A stretch of 64,000 nt of DNA from Thermodesulfobacteriota bacterium (GCA_963675595.2 CAXXLZ010000002.1:1344001-1408000); one strand, 5' to 3'. Shown: positions 1 through 10,500, counted from the stretch's first letter. Program-made: numbers and translations. The notes: a model not told the origin generated them from the sequence alone.

Positions 1-1415
1 TACAGGCCGGTGAAGAACACGATGGCCGTGTTGCATGTCATGGTTTGTTTGCCGACCTGCAACAACCGGAGTACCTCAACGATCGTATCCATTTACAGGG
101 TCGCCGGGGGACCCATGTTCCCCCGGACCCCCATAAGCGCTAACTTAAGCATTGTTTGCTATGCTTCTTTCCGTCTGAGGAATCAGCCGCTGAAGTGCTC
201 GTTTCCTTGGCGGTTCTCGCAAATAAAAAGATATGTTATCCCAGCCGGCAATGCATTCGGCCAAGCCGAGTTTAGGGTTCACGGCTTGTTTCAGCAGGTG
301 TAACATAAACATGGTCTCTCTCCAGAAGCATCGATTTCTACGGTGGTTCTTTTTGGAGTGGGTATCCCCAGGGAAAAAAAGATTCGCCTGCGGCGATCAT
401 GGCCTCCACTAAGAAAGCCACCAGTAGTTTCCCATGGATCCAGGCCTTGGCTCCTTCGATGTCGGTCTTTCTAAGATGGCCTAAACCGAGAATGGACTTT
501 AGACGCTTGAAAGCGAGTTCAATTTGCCATCGACCTCGGTACATCTCGAGGACCTGAGAGGGCGAGATTTCACGGCCCAATGTTGTGAAAACAAATATGT
601 AGGCCGCCGCTTCGAGGGTGTCCGGAGTAACTTGGCGACCTTTTTTCCTCGCCTCTTTTTCTATCGCTTTACGAGCTTTTTCAGTGGCGTCTTTGCTCTT
701 CTTGATGGCACAGATTCTACCTGGAACCAAGCGTTGTTCAAATGGAACGAATGCATCCCACTCGCCAAGCTTATTTACACGTAACGTCCTTAGATGAGGG
801 AGTAATTGGAATCGTTCCCCTTGCTTGTCCACCATGGCGACACGGTGTTTCATTCGAACCAGGACGTCGCCGCCGTTGTCTATGACATGGTGAATTCCTC
901 TTGGTGTGCAATAGGCTCTATCCGCTACAAGAAGTTCACCGCCATGGACTTTGAAATTGGTGAAGGATTCTCCGATCTTGGGGTCTGTTACATAGACTTC
1001 GTCGCAGCGCAGCGAAGGCAATTGTATGGAATAATGGACCCTCCAAGTCGTTCCGGTACTTCCAGGTTCTTGAATGGTGGAGGCATCGATCAACCTGATG
1101 CGTGAATTCTCTCCAAAAACAACGGCGGGCAGCTTTCGAAACCATTTCTCCATGACCCCTAAGGCCATCCACCGAAACCACTCTCCGCATTTATTCAGTC
1201 GTTTTAGGAGAGCTACGTCGGAAATCGACGTAATGTTGCCGAACCTGGCTTTGGCCGCCGTCAGCCGAAGTGAGCAACCTTCCGCCAGATGGATCAGAAG
1301 CGTTCGCAACAGACCTTCGGCGTCCACGAACTTACGGTATCTGACAACGGCACCAAGTTCCCTTGCTTTGGATTGCCAGCCATCGGGAAGAAAACCCTGG
1401 AGAACTTCCCAGTCT

Positions 1416-3293
1416 TGATGCCGTCGTAAGAACCCCCCTTTACGAACAGGGCTGTTTTTTGGAGCATTGGAAGTTCAAGCGGCCATTGCAACACTGCCAA
1501 GGTTACTGTCATCGTGACATAGGCTACAAAGACGACGGAAATTATCGTTGCTGCCTCCCTCTATCGAGTTGGAAAGGGCCTTCTTGGCCTTATCAAGGCG
1601 GCTCTGGACGAACCTCTTGATGTTGATGGCCAGGGCCTTCATGAAAACAGATAAGGTGACCCGTTTTTTGCCTCGGGTCCACGATCGTTTCAATCCCGTG
1701 ACCCGATCCGCTTCGGAGATGGTGGCCTCGATGCCGGACCGGATTTTGTAGCGTTCTTTGAAATCATGGCTTTCCTGCTGTAGTCTGCGCTTGGAGGTCG
1801 CCATGTCCTTGCGCTTGTACTTCAGTCGATAATTTCCGCCCTTGATCCGTTTTACCGGACAGATGGGGAGAAATTCGCATAGGAGACAGTGCTCGCGGGA
1901 AAACACGGCTTCCACCGCTTTGCCGCGGTCAACGATCTTGCATTCAAGTGGCGCGTGCCCCCGGATACAGTAAACGACCTGGGTGCAGTCCTCGTTCGTT
2001 TCAAAGTCACTCAACTGCATCTTATTGAGATCCGGCGCTTTTCCGCAAGTCACCGGAGCGGTAAGCTCGACTCCGTGCTCGTGAGCTTGAAGGATGTTCT
2101 CGCCGCTGCCGTAGCCTGCGTCGGCGAACAACTCTTCGGGTTTGCGGCCCGTTTCCTCCAGGCGTTCGATAACGGGCATCACGTCTTTCTGGTCGCTGTC
2201 ATAGGAAGGGGCCACGTCCACATCGGTGATCACCTGGAAGGGATTTTCCTTCACGCAGGTCTCCGTGAGGGAAGCCTTATATCCTTTGCCCTTGCGCCCA
2301 TAGGTGGCGTCGGGATCCGAAGGATTCTGCAGGGAGTCCGCAGGGATTTCCTTGGGCTTCTCGAGTTCTGTTTTGTCGGGATCTCCCTCGGTGAAACGGC
2401 ATTGCTCCGACAGTAGTCGGGCCATCAGCCGGTATTCTTTCATTCGGCTGATTTCCGGATGACCTCGGAAGCGGTCCACCAGGTCGGCGAGATGGCGGGC
2501 GGACTTGTCCAGACGACGCTTGGCCCGCGATGATTTTGCATCGGCAAAATAGCCTGCGCGCTTCAAGTAGGCCTTGTCGTAAAGTCGGGGCAGTTTCTCA
2601 TACAACTTGGGATGTTTCTTATGGAGCCGTTTCAAGAACGCCTCGATGGTGCGCGTAAAGAGCCCCAGACGGCTCAGATGAGCCATGTTGGAAGTGATCT
2701 GTGTGGAGTCCAACCGCTGTTTGTCCGTGCTAAGGGCCGCCGTCTCGATGATGGCGTCCGTGATTCCGGTAAAGAGGCTCCGCGCTTGCTTGTTGTCGGT
2801 AATCAAGGTCCGGAAATTGTGCAGGGTCTTCTGGCAGACGTGAGATTCAAAGGCGTTGATGTTGAAGGCATATTGCCAACGCAGATCGAAGTCCAGAGCG
2901 CCCAAGACTTCCGCATCGGTCAGGCTGTTCATTTCCTTCAAAACACACGCTCCGACAAGGATGGCCACGGGTCTGTTGGGCCTGCCGTTGTCCTCACAGT
3001 AGAAAGGCCGGAAAGACTCCTCATCGATCATGGGAAGCACCAGGCGCCGGAACGGACCGGCCCACGTCTTCTCCAACGCCTCGATCCTGTCTGCGGGAAG
3101 GCAAATATCGTGGTCGAAAATGGTCTTTTGCGTTCTCTTAGGCCGAAACAAAACAACCCCCCTAAGGACCATATTATTAATCAAGTCAGATACTTATCAT
3201 ACAGGACCCAAAAGAAAGGTCAACCCATAAATGCCATTTTTATTCATATTTTCAACTAGATACCTTTACGGAGAGGTTTTTACGAACTCATCA
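1416..3293 (-). mobile_element. IS1182-like insertion sequence, copy 1 (1878 bp)
   Basis: Matches 7144-9021; imperfect TIR TGATGccgTCGTAAgAACC / TGATGagtTCGTAAaAACC; TSD GTCT (or AGTCTT if the ends are GATG..CATC). Confidence 0.92.
1475..3184 (-). CDS. DDE transposase, IS1182/IS5-like (DUF772-type N-terminus)
   Basis: 569 aa; NGRP, RLDST, PSDPDA, FADAGYGS and YKIRSGIEAT motifs. The true start may be about 11 codons downstream. Confidence 0.88.
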   Translation of the reverse strand: MINNMVLRGVVLFRPKRTQKTIFDHDICLPADRIEALEKTWAGPFRRLVLPMIDEESFRPFYCEDNGRPNRPVAILVGACVLKEMNSLTDAEVLGALDFDLRWQYAFNINAFESHVCQKTLHNFRTLITDNKQARSLFTGITDAIIETAALSTDKQRLDSTQITSNMAHLSRLGLFTRTIEAFLKRLHKKHPKLYEKLPRLYDKAYLKRAGYFADAKSSRAKRRLDKSARHLADLVDRFRGHPEISRMKEYRLMARLLSEQCRFTEGDPDKTELEKPKEIPADSLQNPSDPDATYGRKGKGYKASLTETCVKENPFQVITDVDVAPSYDSDQKDVMPVIERLEETGRKPEELFADAGYGSGENILQAHEHGVELTAPVTCGKAPDLNKMQLSDFETNEDCTQVVYCIRGHAPLECKIVDRGKAVEAVFSREHCLLCEFLPICPVKRIKGGNYRLKYKRKDMATSKRRLQQESHDFKERYKIRSGIEATISEADRVTGLKRSWTRGKKRVTLSVFMKALAINIKRFVQSRLDKAKKALSNSIEGGSNDNFRRLCSLCHDDSNLGSVAMAA

Positions 3294-3794
3294 GTCTTCC
3301 ATTTCCTCGGAAAAAACGAGACGCTCCATTGCCACCTCCTTTGGCGGCAACGGTACCATAAACCTCACCAAAACAAAAGGCTTAAGTTAGCGCTTATGCC
3401 CCGGACCCCCTTTTATGTGGGCTTCATCCCGCCGGCGCGCGATGAAGCCATACTATGGAGCTTTTGGGTCGGTTCAGGAGACGTGCGGAACACTGGAAAT
3501 TAATGAGCAACCCTGTTTCCCCCTCAGGCTCTTCGCCGAAGGCGGTGAGGCCTGTTTGAAATCTTCTGGGGGGGCTCTGGGGGACTTTTTCAAAAGTCCC
3601 CCCCGTGAATGGTCACCAACGATCAGCTAGGGCGCTTCATCAGCAAGAGGTTTGGACCTGAGGTTCCTGATGCGCTCCTCCGGTCCCTTCGACCTGCTAA
3701 ATACCGGGGTGACCCGATGGTTTGCCGTTCCCGTCGTGTCTTACGATGGAATCCTCTCAACGGGGAAATTTCGACGGCAACGGAGGAAGAAGTC

Positions 3795-4223
3795 ATGAAG
3801 CATGCAAGACTGGGCGACAACGTCACGGTGCATTATACGCTGCGCTTGGAAAACGGTTCCGTGGTGGACAGCTCGGAAACCGGACCCCCGGTAGAATTCA
3901 TTCTGGGGGAGGGAGGCCTCCCGGCTCGCGTGGAGCAAACCCTGGTGGGCATGACCGTGGGAGATCACACCCGCCTGGACCTGACCTCGGAAGACGGCTA
4001 CGGGCCCCGATTCGATGATTTGACCATGGTGGTGAAGAAAGACCGCTTTCCCGCCGAAGTGGAGCCTCACGTGGGACTCTCCCTGGAACTGGCCCATCCC
4101 AACGGCGTGGTCCTTCCCGTGACCGTAACCGGAATGGATGATTCGTCCATTACCCTGGACGCCAACCACCCTCTCGCCGGCCGAAATCTGAGCGTGGACC
4201 TATGCCTCGTGGGCATCGCCTGA
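3795..4223 (+). CDS. FKBP-type peptidyl-prolyl cis-trans isomerase (SlyD/FkpB-like)
   Basis: VTVHYTLRLENGSVVDSS ... LDANHPLAGRNL; RBS GGAGG before ATG 3795; no His-rich tail. Confidence 0.92.
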   Translation: MKHARLGDNVTVHYTLRLENGSVVDSSETGPPVEFILGEGGLPARVEQTLVGMTVGDHTRLDLTSEDGYGPRFDDLTMVVKKDRFPAEVEPHVGLSLELAHPNGVVLPVTVTGMDDSSITLDANHPLAGRNLSVDLCLVGIA

Positions 4224-4410
4224 CGCTCCCCCTTTCCTCGGAAAATTCAGGGGCGGAACATCGCCCCCTGCCCATCGCCCGCAAGCGCGGTCTCCGATCC
4301 GGGGAGCGGATTCATGTGCGGAGGACATGGGCGTACAGGGCATTCGAAGACCCATAAGGGCCTCCGGCGCCTTCGGACTCTCCCCGAAACGCCTACCATG
4401 GATTTTCTTC

Positions 4411-4439
4411 TTGCAACGATTTCGGTTTTCGGTTATCTA
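4411..4439 (+). promoter_or_regulatory. Putative sigma70 promoter of the tRNA
   Basis: TTGCAA-17 nt-TATCTA just upstream of the tRNA. Confidence 0.45.
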
Positions 4440-4451
4440 AGACTTTCCTTT

Positions 4452-4527
4452 GGGCGGTTAACTCAGCGGTGAGAGTGCCATCCTCACACGGTGGAAGTCC
4501 GGAGTTCGAATCTCCGACCGCCCACCA
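4452..4527 (+). tRNA. tRNA-Val(CAC)
   Basis: Acceptor stem GGGCGGT/ACCGCCC; anticodon arm CCATC-CTCACAC-GGTGG; T-arm CGGAG-TTCGAAT-CTCCG; encoded CCA end. Confidence 0.96.
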
Positions 4528-4543
4528 CCAAATGAATCTCATT

Positions 4544-4573
4544 GGGGCCATTCGATTTCGGATGGCCCTTTTT
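4544..4573 (+). terminator. Rho-independent terminator after the tRNA
   Basis: GGGCCATTCG-att-TCGGATGGCCC hairpin followed by a T tract. Confidence 0.8.
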
Positions 4574-4619
4574 ATTTGGGCGGACCGGGATACAAGGTCG
4601 GCCTACGGCCGTATTTTGA

Positions 4620-4826
4620 GCGGGCACTGTGGCATGCCCCTACAATAGACGAGGTTCCCCCCCGTGCATGATCGCCAAAATATGGCCCATCATACAGTGG
4701 CGGTTTCGCCGTTCATAAAACGTGCAGCGGTGCGCCTCTCCGCCGAAGGCGGTGAGGCTCGCCCAAACTGCTTTGGGAGCAAGAGGGTGCGGGGGAGGAC
4801 TTTCTCGAAAGTCCTCCCCCGTGAAT
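4620..4826. repeat. REP cluster: GTAG-type REP plus CCGCCGAAGGCGG hairpin plus GGGGGAGGACTTT..AAAGTCCTCCCCC-GTGAAT
   Basis: The same motifs recur at about 20 intergenic loci in this window. Confidence 0.8.
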
Positions 4827-4834
4827 GCCGAAAC

Positions 4835-4956
4835 AGGGTGCTGAAAAACGATGACATGCAAGGCGCGCAAATCCCGAGAAATGAGGCGTACATAGAAGTA
4901 CGTCGCAGTGACGAGGGATGAAGCGCAACGCCGCAGATCGCGTTTTTCAACAGCCT
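4835..4956. mobile_element. ~120-bp MITE-like element with AGGCTGTTGAAAAA-type inverted ends
   Basis: Near-full copies at 30236-30357 and 34953-35076; partial copies near 9315-9400, 52826-52860, 53914-53965 and 56905-56990. Confidence 0.75.
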
Positions 4957-5175
4957 AACCGTACTCGTTTGGACGTGTATGTCGGTAGAAAGGCTTTGAC
5001 CACGGATTATTGAAGGAGTAACTTGTTTATATAGGGGTGTGTTCCTCCTTGTATAGTATGCTCAAAACAAAACCGGAAACAACTCTGGAGATCACGCCGT
5101 TTACACGTAGTTCTGGTGATGCGCTTGCACCCAGAGGCGACTGAAGAGCCTTTGAAACAGATTCACGGGTATGGC

Positions 5176-6399
5176 GTGCGTAATTCCAAATCAATAATAT
5201 GCCTTTTCTTTGCTTTTCTACTTTGCGTCCCCGCTTTTGTCCGGAATTTGGATGCGGCCGACGAAGCGGTGAAAGCCCGGCTCACGGCTAAAGAACAAGC
5301 ATTCTTAGTAAAGCACCCGACCATCCTTTTAGGAATCGACCAGGACTGGGAGCCGTTCGTCATAGTAAGAAAGGACGGCTCCATTAAAGGTTTTGATGCG
5401 GAAATTCTGGCTCTCGTCAATCAATATGCGGGATCGAATTTCAAGCTCGTGCCGGGCAGATTCGCGGACATGGTCAAAAAAGCGCAAAACCGGGAGATCG
5501 ACGGCCTCAGTTCTACGTTCCCACACAAGGAGCGCGAGCCTTTTTTCAACTTCTCGGATACCTATCTCACCATGCAGCGGGTTGTTTTCAGTCTGAAAGG
5601 CAATCCGTATCACATTCACAGCCGTGCCGATTTGTCCGGCAAACGACTGGCGATTCAAGAAGGCAATCTGTTTGACGAGAAGCTGGTCCGGTCTGTTCCA
5701 AATGCCGTTGCCGTGCGCGAAAACAGTCCCAAGGACTTGCTTCTGGCCGTGGCCTACGGCCGGGCGGAAGCCTTGCCCGCTTATCCCACGCTCACCTATG
5801 TGGCGAACAAGTACGGCATCTCCTCCTTACAGGTGGTATGCGCCCTCAAGGACAGAATTGCCTTTGTCTTCTCCATTCGAAAGGACTGGCCCGAAGCGGT
5901 CTCCGTTCTCAACAAAGGTTTGCAGGCCATTCCCGAGGATGAAAAGGCCGCGGTTCACGCCAAGTGGTTCGGGGTTCCTTTCAGCCCGACGCCCGATTAC
6001 ACGCTGCTGCTTAAAATCATTGTTCCCTTGACGCTCCTGCTGGTTATTCTCGCCTTTTTCATCCGGCACCTCCAAAAAGTCAACGACCGGCTGAACGAGG
6101 CCAGGGCGGCGCTTGAATCGGACGTGGCCAAGCGGAAAGAGGTGGAGAAGGAAAGGGAGCAACTGATATCGGAGTTGCGGGAAGCGTTGCGGGAAATAAA
6201 GGAATTACGGGGTATTTTGCCGATCTGCTCTCACTGCAAAAAAATTCGAGACGATGCAGGTTATTGGCGGCAGGTTGAAAATTACATCCAGGACCGGACC
6301 GACGCCCAATTCACCCACAGCATCTGCCCTGATTGCCTCAAGAAGTATTATCCCGATATCGCCGATGATGTGCTCGATGAAATCAAAAAGACCGAATGA
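5176..6399 (+). CDS. Membrane sensor: family-3 solute-binding domain + TM + coiled coil + Cys-rich C-terminal domain
   Basis: Signal-like N-terminus; GIDQDWEPF..GFDAEIL solute-binding motif; TM near the C-terminus; LPICSHCKKIRD..HSICPDC. Start uncertain (5116-5176). Confidence 0.82.
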   Translation: MRNSKSIICLFFAFLLCVPAFVRNLDAADEAVKARLTAKEQAFLVKHPTILLGIDQDWEPFVIVRKDGSIKGFDAEILALVNQYAGSNFKLVPGRFADMVKKAQNREIDGLSSTFPHKEREPFFNFSDTYLTMQRVVFSLKGNPYHIHSRADLSGKRLAIQEGNLFDEKLVRSVPNAVAVRENSPKDLLLAVAYGRAEALPAYPTLTYVANKYGISSLQVVCALKDRIAFVFSIRKDWPEAVSVLNKGLQAIPEDEKAAVHAKWFGVPFSPTPDYTLLLKIIVPLTLLLVILAFFIRHLQKVNDRLNEARAALESDVAKRKEVEKEREQLISELREALREIKELRGILPICSHCKKIRDDAGYWRQVENYIQDRTDAQFTHSICPDCLKKYYPDIADDVLDEIKKTE

Positions 6400-6569
6400 A
6401 GTTCACTCAGCGCCCCTGACCGGATTCTTTCCAACTCATTGTATTCATTCATACATCGTGTCGCCGCGGTACCCTCGTTGCCCCGGCCCCTCTTGTATAT
6501 GCGGGCATCCTCGCCGACTCAGCAGATGTAAGAAGTGTCGGGAATCAGTCAGGAAATCTGATTTCTTCC

Positions 6570-6636
6570 TCAGGCTCTCCGTCGAAGGCGGTGAGTGCGA
6601 GGGATGATTTCCCGGAAAGTCCTCCCCCTGAGTGCA
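6570..6636. repeat. REP copy abutting the RAYT remnant
   Basis: CTCTCCGTCGAAGGCGGTGAG plus hairpin ..AAAGTCCTCCCCC-TGAGTGC. Confidence 0.7.
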
Positions 6637-6720
6637 CACGAACATATTACGCCCTTCCCTCCCTCGGCGGATGATGTGATGCAACGGTCCCGGCGAGTCA
6701 ATGCGTGCTTTCCGCGGCAA
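6637..6720 (-). pseudogene. N-terminal remnant of a REP-associated tyrosine transposase (RAYT, Y1 HUH)
   Basis: MPRKARIDSPGPLHHIIRRGREGRNMF matches the typical RAYT start MPRxARIDAPGALHHIIxRG; the homology stops at a REP copy. Confidence 0.7.
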
Positions 6721-7143
6721 GATATCGTCGATGCCGCTGAACCCCTTGTCCTGAGGACGAAATCCGTCTTAAACCCATCAATCGGATCGCTTTGTTGCTC
6801 GGATTTGATATTCACACTTCAAATCGCCCTTCCCCATCTGGGAGATTGTTTCAGTGGTTACATCATAATCGGGCAGTAAGGATTTAAACCAAGTTCCGTG
6901 CGCCACTGCACAAGCGATACAACCCTGATCGGTGCGTTCCAGTTTGGCGCGTTTTGACCCTTCCAAGACAGCACATTTCGTCAATACCATCCGGAGCGTG
7001 TCGCCTTCGATGACCTGCTCCATCTCAAAAGCATCCGGGATGGAGCAGAACAATTGATGCGCGTATGTTTGCCAAACAGCAAGCGCATCGGGCAGATCGT
7101 CGGCTTTCTTTTTCCCTAAAGCCCCCAGAGTGAATCTCATCTC

Positions 7144-9021
7144 TGATGCCGTCGTAAGAACCCCCCTTTACGAACAGGGCTGTTTTTTGGAGCATTGGAA
7201 GTTCAAGCGGCCATTGCAACACTGCCAAGGTTACTGTCATCGTGACATAGGCTACAAAGACGACGGAAATTATCGTTGCTGCCTCCCTCTATCGAGTTGG
7301 AAAGGGCCTTCTTGGCCTTATCAAGGCGGCTCTGGACGAACCTCTTGATGTTGATGGCCAGGGCCTTCATGAAAACAGATAAGGTGACCCGTTTTTTGCC
7401 TCGGGTCCACGATCGTTTCAATCCCGTGACCCGATCCGCTTCGGAGATGGTGGCCTCGATGCCGGACCGGATTTTGTAGCGTTCTTTGAAATCATGGCTT
7501 TCCTGCTGTAGTCTGCGCTTGGAGGTCGCCATGTCCTTGCGCTTGTACTTCAGTCGATAATTTCCGCCCTTGATCCGTTTTACCGGACAGATGGGGAGAA
7601 ATTCGCATAGGAGACAGTGCTCGCGGGAAAACACGGCTTCCACCGCTTTGCCGCGGTCAACGATCTTGCATTCAAGTGGCGCGTGCCCCCGGATACAGTA
7701 AACGACCTGGGTGCAGTCCTCGTTCGTTTCAAAGTCACTCAACTGCATCTTATTGAGATCCGGCGCTTTTCCGCAAGTCACCGGAGCGGTAAGCTCGACT
7801 CCGTGCTCGTGAGCTTGAAGGATGTTCTCGCCGCTGCCGTAGCCTGCGTCGGCGAACAACTCTTCGGGTTTGCGGCCCGTTTCCTCCAGGCGTTCGATAA
7901 CGGGCATCACGTCTTTCTGGTCGCTGTCATAGGAAGGGGCCACGTCCACATCGGTGATCACCTGGAAGGGATTTTCCTTCACGCAGGTCTCCGTGAGGGA
8001 AGCCTTATATCCTTTGCCCTTGCGCCCATAGGTGGCGTCGGGATCCGAAGGATTCTGCAGGGAGTCCGCAGGGATTTCCTTGGGCTTCTCGAGTTCTGTT
8101 TTGTCGGGATCTCCCTCGGTGAAACGGCATTGCTCCGACAGTAGTCGGGCCATCAGCCGGTATTCTTTCATTCGGCTGATTTCCGGATGACCTCGGAAGC
8201 GGTCCACCAGGTCGGCGAGATGGCGGGCGGACTTGTCCAGACGACGCTTGGCCCGCGATGATTTTGCATCGGCAAAATAGCCTGCGCGCTTCAAGTAGGC
8301 CTTGTCGTAAAGTCGGGGCAGTTTCTCATACAACTTGGGATGTTTCTTATGGAGCCGTTTCAAGAACGCCTCGATGGTGCGCGTAAAGAGCCCCAGACGG
8401 CTCAGATGAGCCATGTTGGAAGTGATCTGTGTGGAGTCCAACCGCTGTTTGTCCGTGCTAAGGGCCGCCGTCTCGATGATGGCGTCCGTGATTCCGGTAA
8501 AGAGGCTCCGCGCTTGCTTGTTGTCGGTAATCAAGGTCCGGAAATTGTGCAGGGTCTTCTGGCAGACGTGAGATTCAAAGGCGTTGATGTTGAAGGCATA
8601 TTGCCAACGCAGATCGAAGTCCAGAGCGCCCAAGACTTCCGCATCGGTCAGGCTGTTCATTTCCTTCAAAACACACGCTCCGACAAGGATGGCCACGGGT
8701 CTGTTGGGCCTGCCGTTGTCCTCACAGTAGAAAGGCCGGAAAGACTCCTCATCGATCATGGGAAGCACCAGGCGCCGGAACGGACCGGCCCACGTCTTCT
8801 CCAACGCCTCGATCCTGTCTGCGGGAAGGCAAATATCGTGGTCGAAAATGGTCTTTTGCGTTCTCTTAGGCCGAAACAAAACAACCCCCCTAAGGACCAT
8901 ATTATTAATCAAGTCAGATACTTATCATACAGGACCCAAAAGAAAGGTCAACCCATAAATGCCATTTTTATTCATATTTTCAACTAGATACCTTTACGGA
9001 GAGGTTTTTACGAACTCATCA
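7144..9021 (-). mobile_element. IS1182-like insertion sequence, copy 2
   Basis: Same sequence as copy 1 (offset 5728); TSD TCTC (or ATCTCT). Confidence 0.92.
7203..8912 (-). CDS. DDE transposase, IS1182/IS5-like
   Basis: Translation identical to 1475-3184. Confidence 0.88.
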   Translation of the reverse strand: MINNMVLRGVVLFRPKRTQKTIFDHDICLPADRIEALEKTWAGPFRRLVLPMIDEESFRPFYCEDNGRPNRPVAILVGACVLKEMNSLTDAEVLGALDFDLRWQYAFNINAFESHVCQKTLHNFRTLITDNKQARSLFTGITDAIIETAALSTDKQRLDSTQITSNMAHLSRLGLFTRTIEAFLKRLHKKHPKLYEKLPRLYDKAYLKRAGYFADAKSSRAKRRLDKSARHLADLVDRFRGHPEISRMKEYRLMARLLSEQCRFTEGDPDKTELEKPKEIPADSLQNPSDPDATYGRKGKGYKASLTETCVKENPFQVITDVDVAPSYDSDQKDVMPVIERLEETGRKPEELFADAGYGSGENILQAHEHGVELTAPVTCGKAPDLNKMQLSDFETNEDCTQVVYCIRGHAPLECKIVDRGKAVEAVFSREHCLLCEFLPICPVKRIKGGNYRLKYKRKDMATSKRRLQQESHDFKERYKIRSGIEATISEADRVTGLKRSWTRGKKRVTLSVFMKALAINIKRFVQSRLDKAKKALSNSIEGGSNDNFRRLCSLCHDDSNLGSVAMAA

Positions 9022-9490
9022 TCTCTATTTTCGACCACGAACCACGGACCCGAGCGTTGATTTCCGAAGCAACATCCCAACCAAACTTGTCATAGACCTT
9101 GAGAAACCACTGCCCATCCCATGCCACAGCCAACTTAAGCATCATTTGCACACGAGCTTCAACCGGGATATCATATGATAATGCACCGGTCTGTTCAGCC
9201 ATCAACATCTCCTTTTCTCTTTGGTCATCGATTATTTGGTTACGTAAGACTTACGTTTTCGGTGGGCACGCACGAAATTCCGTCGAATCGGACCTGCCGC
9301 AAATGGCCGAACCAATCCCGATAAATGGGGCATAGTTACAAGTACGGCGCAGTGACAAGGAATGAAGCACATCGCCTCAGCTCGCGTCTTTCAACGGTCT
9401 GATGGATTCCGGGCGTTACTTTGCGCGGTCCATTGCAGAAACAAGATTCGTTGGTTTCTTTGTCATCCGTCCCATTGTATCCGGAGTCTA

Positions 9491-9904
9491 TTAATCCAGC
9501 TGCTTAGCGAAAACGTGTTGGAACGGTATTGCAATCAGGTCCACAATGATATAGGTCGCATAAATGACAACGTATAGTATGCCATACGATGGAAATTCGC
9601 CTGCAAAATAAATAGGCAAAACCACCCCTATGAACCAGATAGCCTTATAACACAACTGTAACAATAAGACAGGTGCAAATTTTAGTGGGGATCGAAGACC
9701 CAGAATGGACAACAACGCGAAAGAAAGGTAGACGCTACCCGTAACACCGAAAGAAATAATGCGATCTTGATTCGGCCATCCGAATATTTTCTCCATAACT
9801 CCAGGCATGACGATTATTCCAAGTCCAAATGCGCCCGCGCCGATAATGGTATAAATATAGAGGGCCTTAATCCAACCCAACCGCACATTGATATCTTCCG
9901 ACAT
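9491..9904 (-). CDS. Hypothetical 4-TM membrane protein
   Basis: 137 aa, four hydrophobic segments, RBS AGGAGG. Confidence 0.75.
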   Translation of the reverse strand: MSEDINVRLGWIKALYIYTIIGAGAFGLGIIVMPGVMEKIFGWPNQDRIISFGVTGSVYLSFALLSILGLRSPLKFAPVLLLQLCYKAIWFIGVVLPIYFAGEFPSYGILYVVIYATYIIVDLIAIPFQHVFAKQLD

Positions 9905-9996
9905 GATTTTCCCTCCTTTTTATTGAAATCACGAATAGTACTTAGCTGCATGAGTTCATTATTTTTGAGCAACGGCCGAGTGGGGGACGGGGCGTT

Positions 9997-10500
9997 TCAT
10001 AGTATGAATAGTAGAATAATGAACAGGGCGGACGCCAGGATCGCCACGGCCGCCCTGTTTTCGTTCCATCGGTTCCAACGTGTTTCGAAGTCTCTACGCG
10101 CCGTTTTCCGTGCCGTTTCATCCATGGCATCGACATCCAGCGTTTGCAGCTTGTTGTTCAATGGTACGTTAACCGCTATGGTCGGCAATTGGACACCGAA
10201 AATATAGGCGATTGCGGCGGAGATCATCAGCAAACGCTCGCCTCCGGCCAATTGCCAGATACCGAGCACGGCCGAACCGGCCACGGCCACAATGGAGCCC
10301 ATCCAGACCAATATGAAAATCGGCTGATTATTTTGAATCACGCGATCCATGACCTGGAAAGCCCGGATAAAATCACGGTCATTCAGATTTGATATGCCCG
10401 GCATGATCACGATTGCAAAGGAAAACAGGAAACCTGCCACCAGGGAAGATAGAAGCGTAGCCAATATGAGGGCAATCTGAAAGATTCCATCAATGATCAT
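9997..10500 (-). CDS. DUF1772 (anthrone oxygenase-like) membrane protein
   Basis: AGFLFSFAIVIMPG, NVPLNNKL and RWNRWNENR motifs. Confidence 0.82.
   Translation of the reverse strand: MIIDGIFQIALILATLLSSLVAGFLFSFAIVIMPGISNLNDRDFIRAFQVMDRVIQNNQPIFILVWMGSIVAVAGSAVLGIWQLAGGERLLMISAAIAYIFGVQLPTIAVNVPLNNKLQTLDVDAMDETARKTARRDFETRWNRWNENRAAVAILASALFIILLFIL

Larger units (their letters stand above)
338..3329 (-). pseudogene. IS4-family DDE transposase, split near codon 12 by the IS1182-like insertion
   Basis: ORF 338-1327 has IDAS, VADRAY and YRGRWQIELAFKRLK (YREK motif). The frame continues to about 1415. The N-terminus MERLVFSEEMED, with RBS AGGAGG, lies at 3329-3294 beyond the nested IS. Confidence 0.9.
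132..3398 (-). mobile_element. IS4-family insertion sequence, interrupted by a nested IS1182-like element
   Basis: Perfect 19-bp terminal inverted repeats CATAAGCGCTAACTTAAGC (132-150 and 3380-3398); 11-bp target duplication CCCCGGACCCC (121-131 and 3399-3409); encloses a DDE transposase. Confidence 0.93.
91..3610. repeat. ATTCA-footed REPIN-like element split by IS4 (91-131 plus 3399-3610)
   Basis: Starts ATTTACAGGGTC..CCCCGGACCCC like 57117-57156; contains CGCCGAAGGCGGTGAG; ends in a hairpin plus CCCCGTGAAT. Confidence 0.75.
6778..9202 (-). pseudogene. DUF6125/ATC-hydrolase-like protein interrupted by IS1182-like copy 2
   Basis: Removing the IS and one TSD joins ..WDGQWF..WSKIE to MRFTLGALG..C..C..C..GDLKCEY in frame. 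Confidence 0.8.

Noticed and set aside
1-41. Possible gene start running off the left edge (MTCNTAIVFFTGL, minus strand)
   Set aside because: Too little sequence to support a call.
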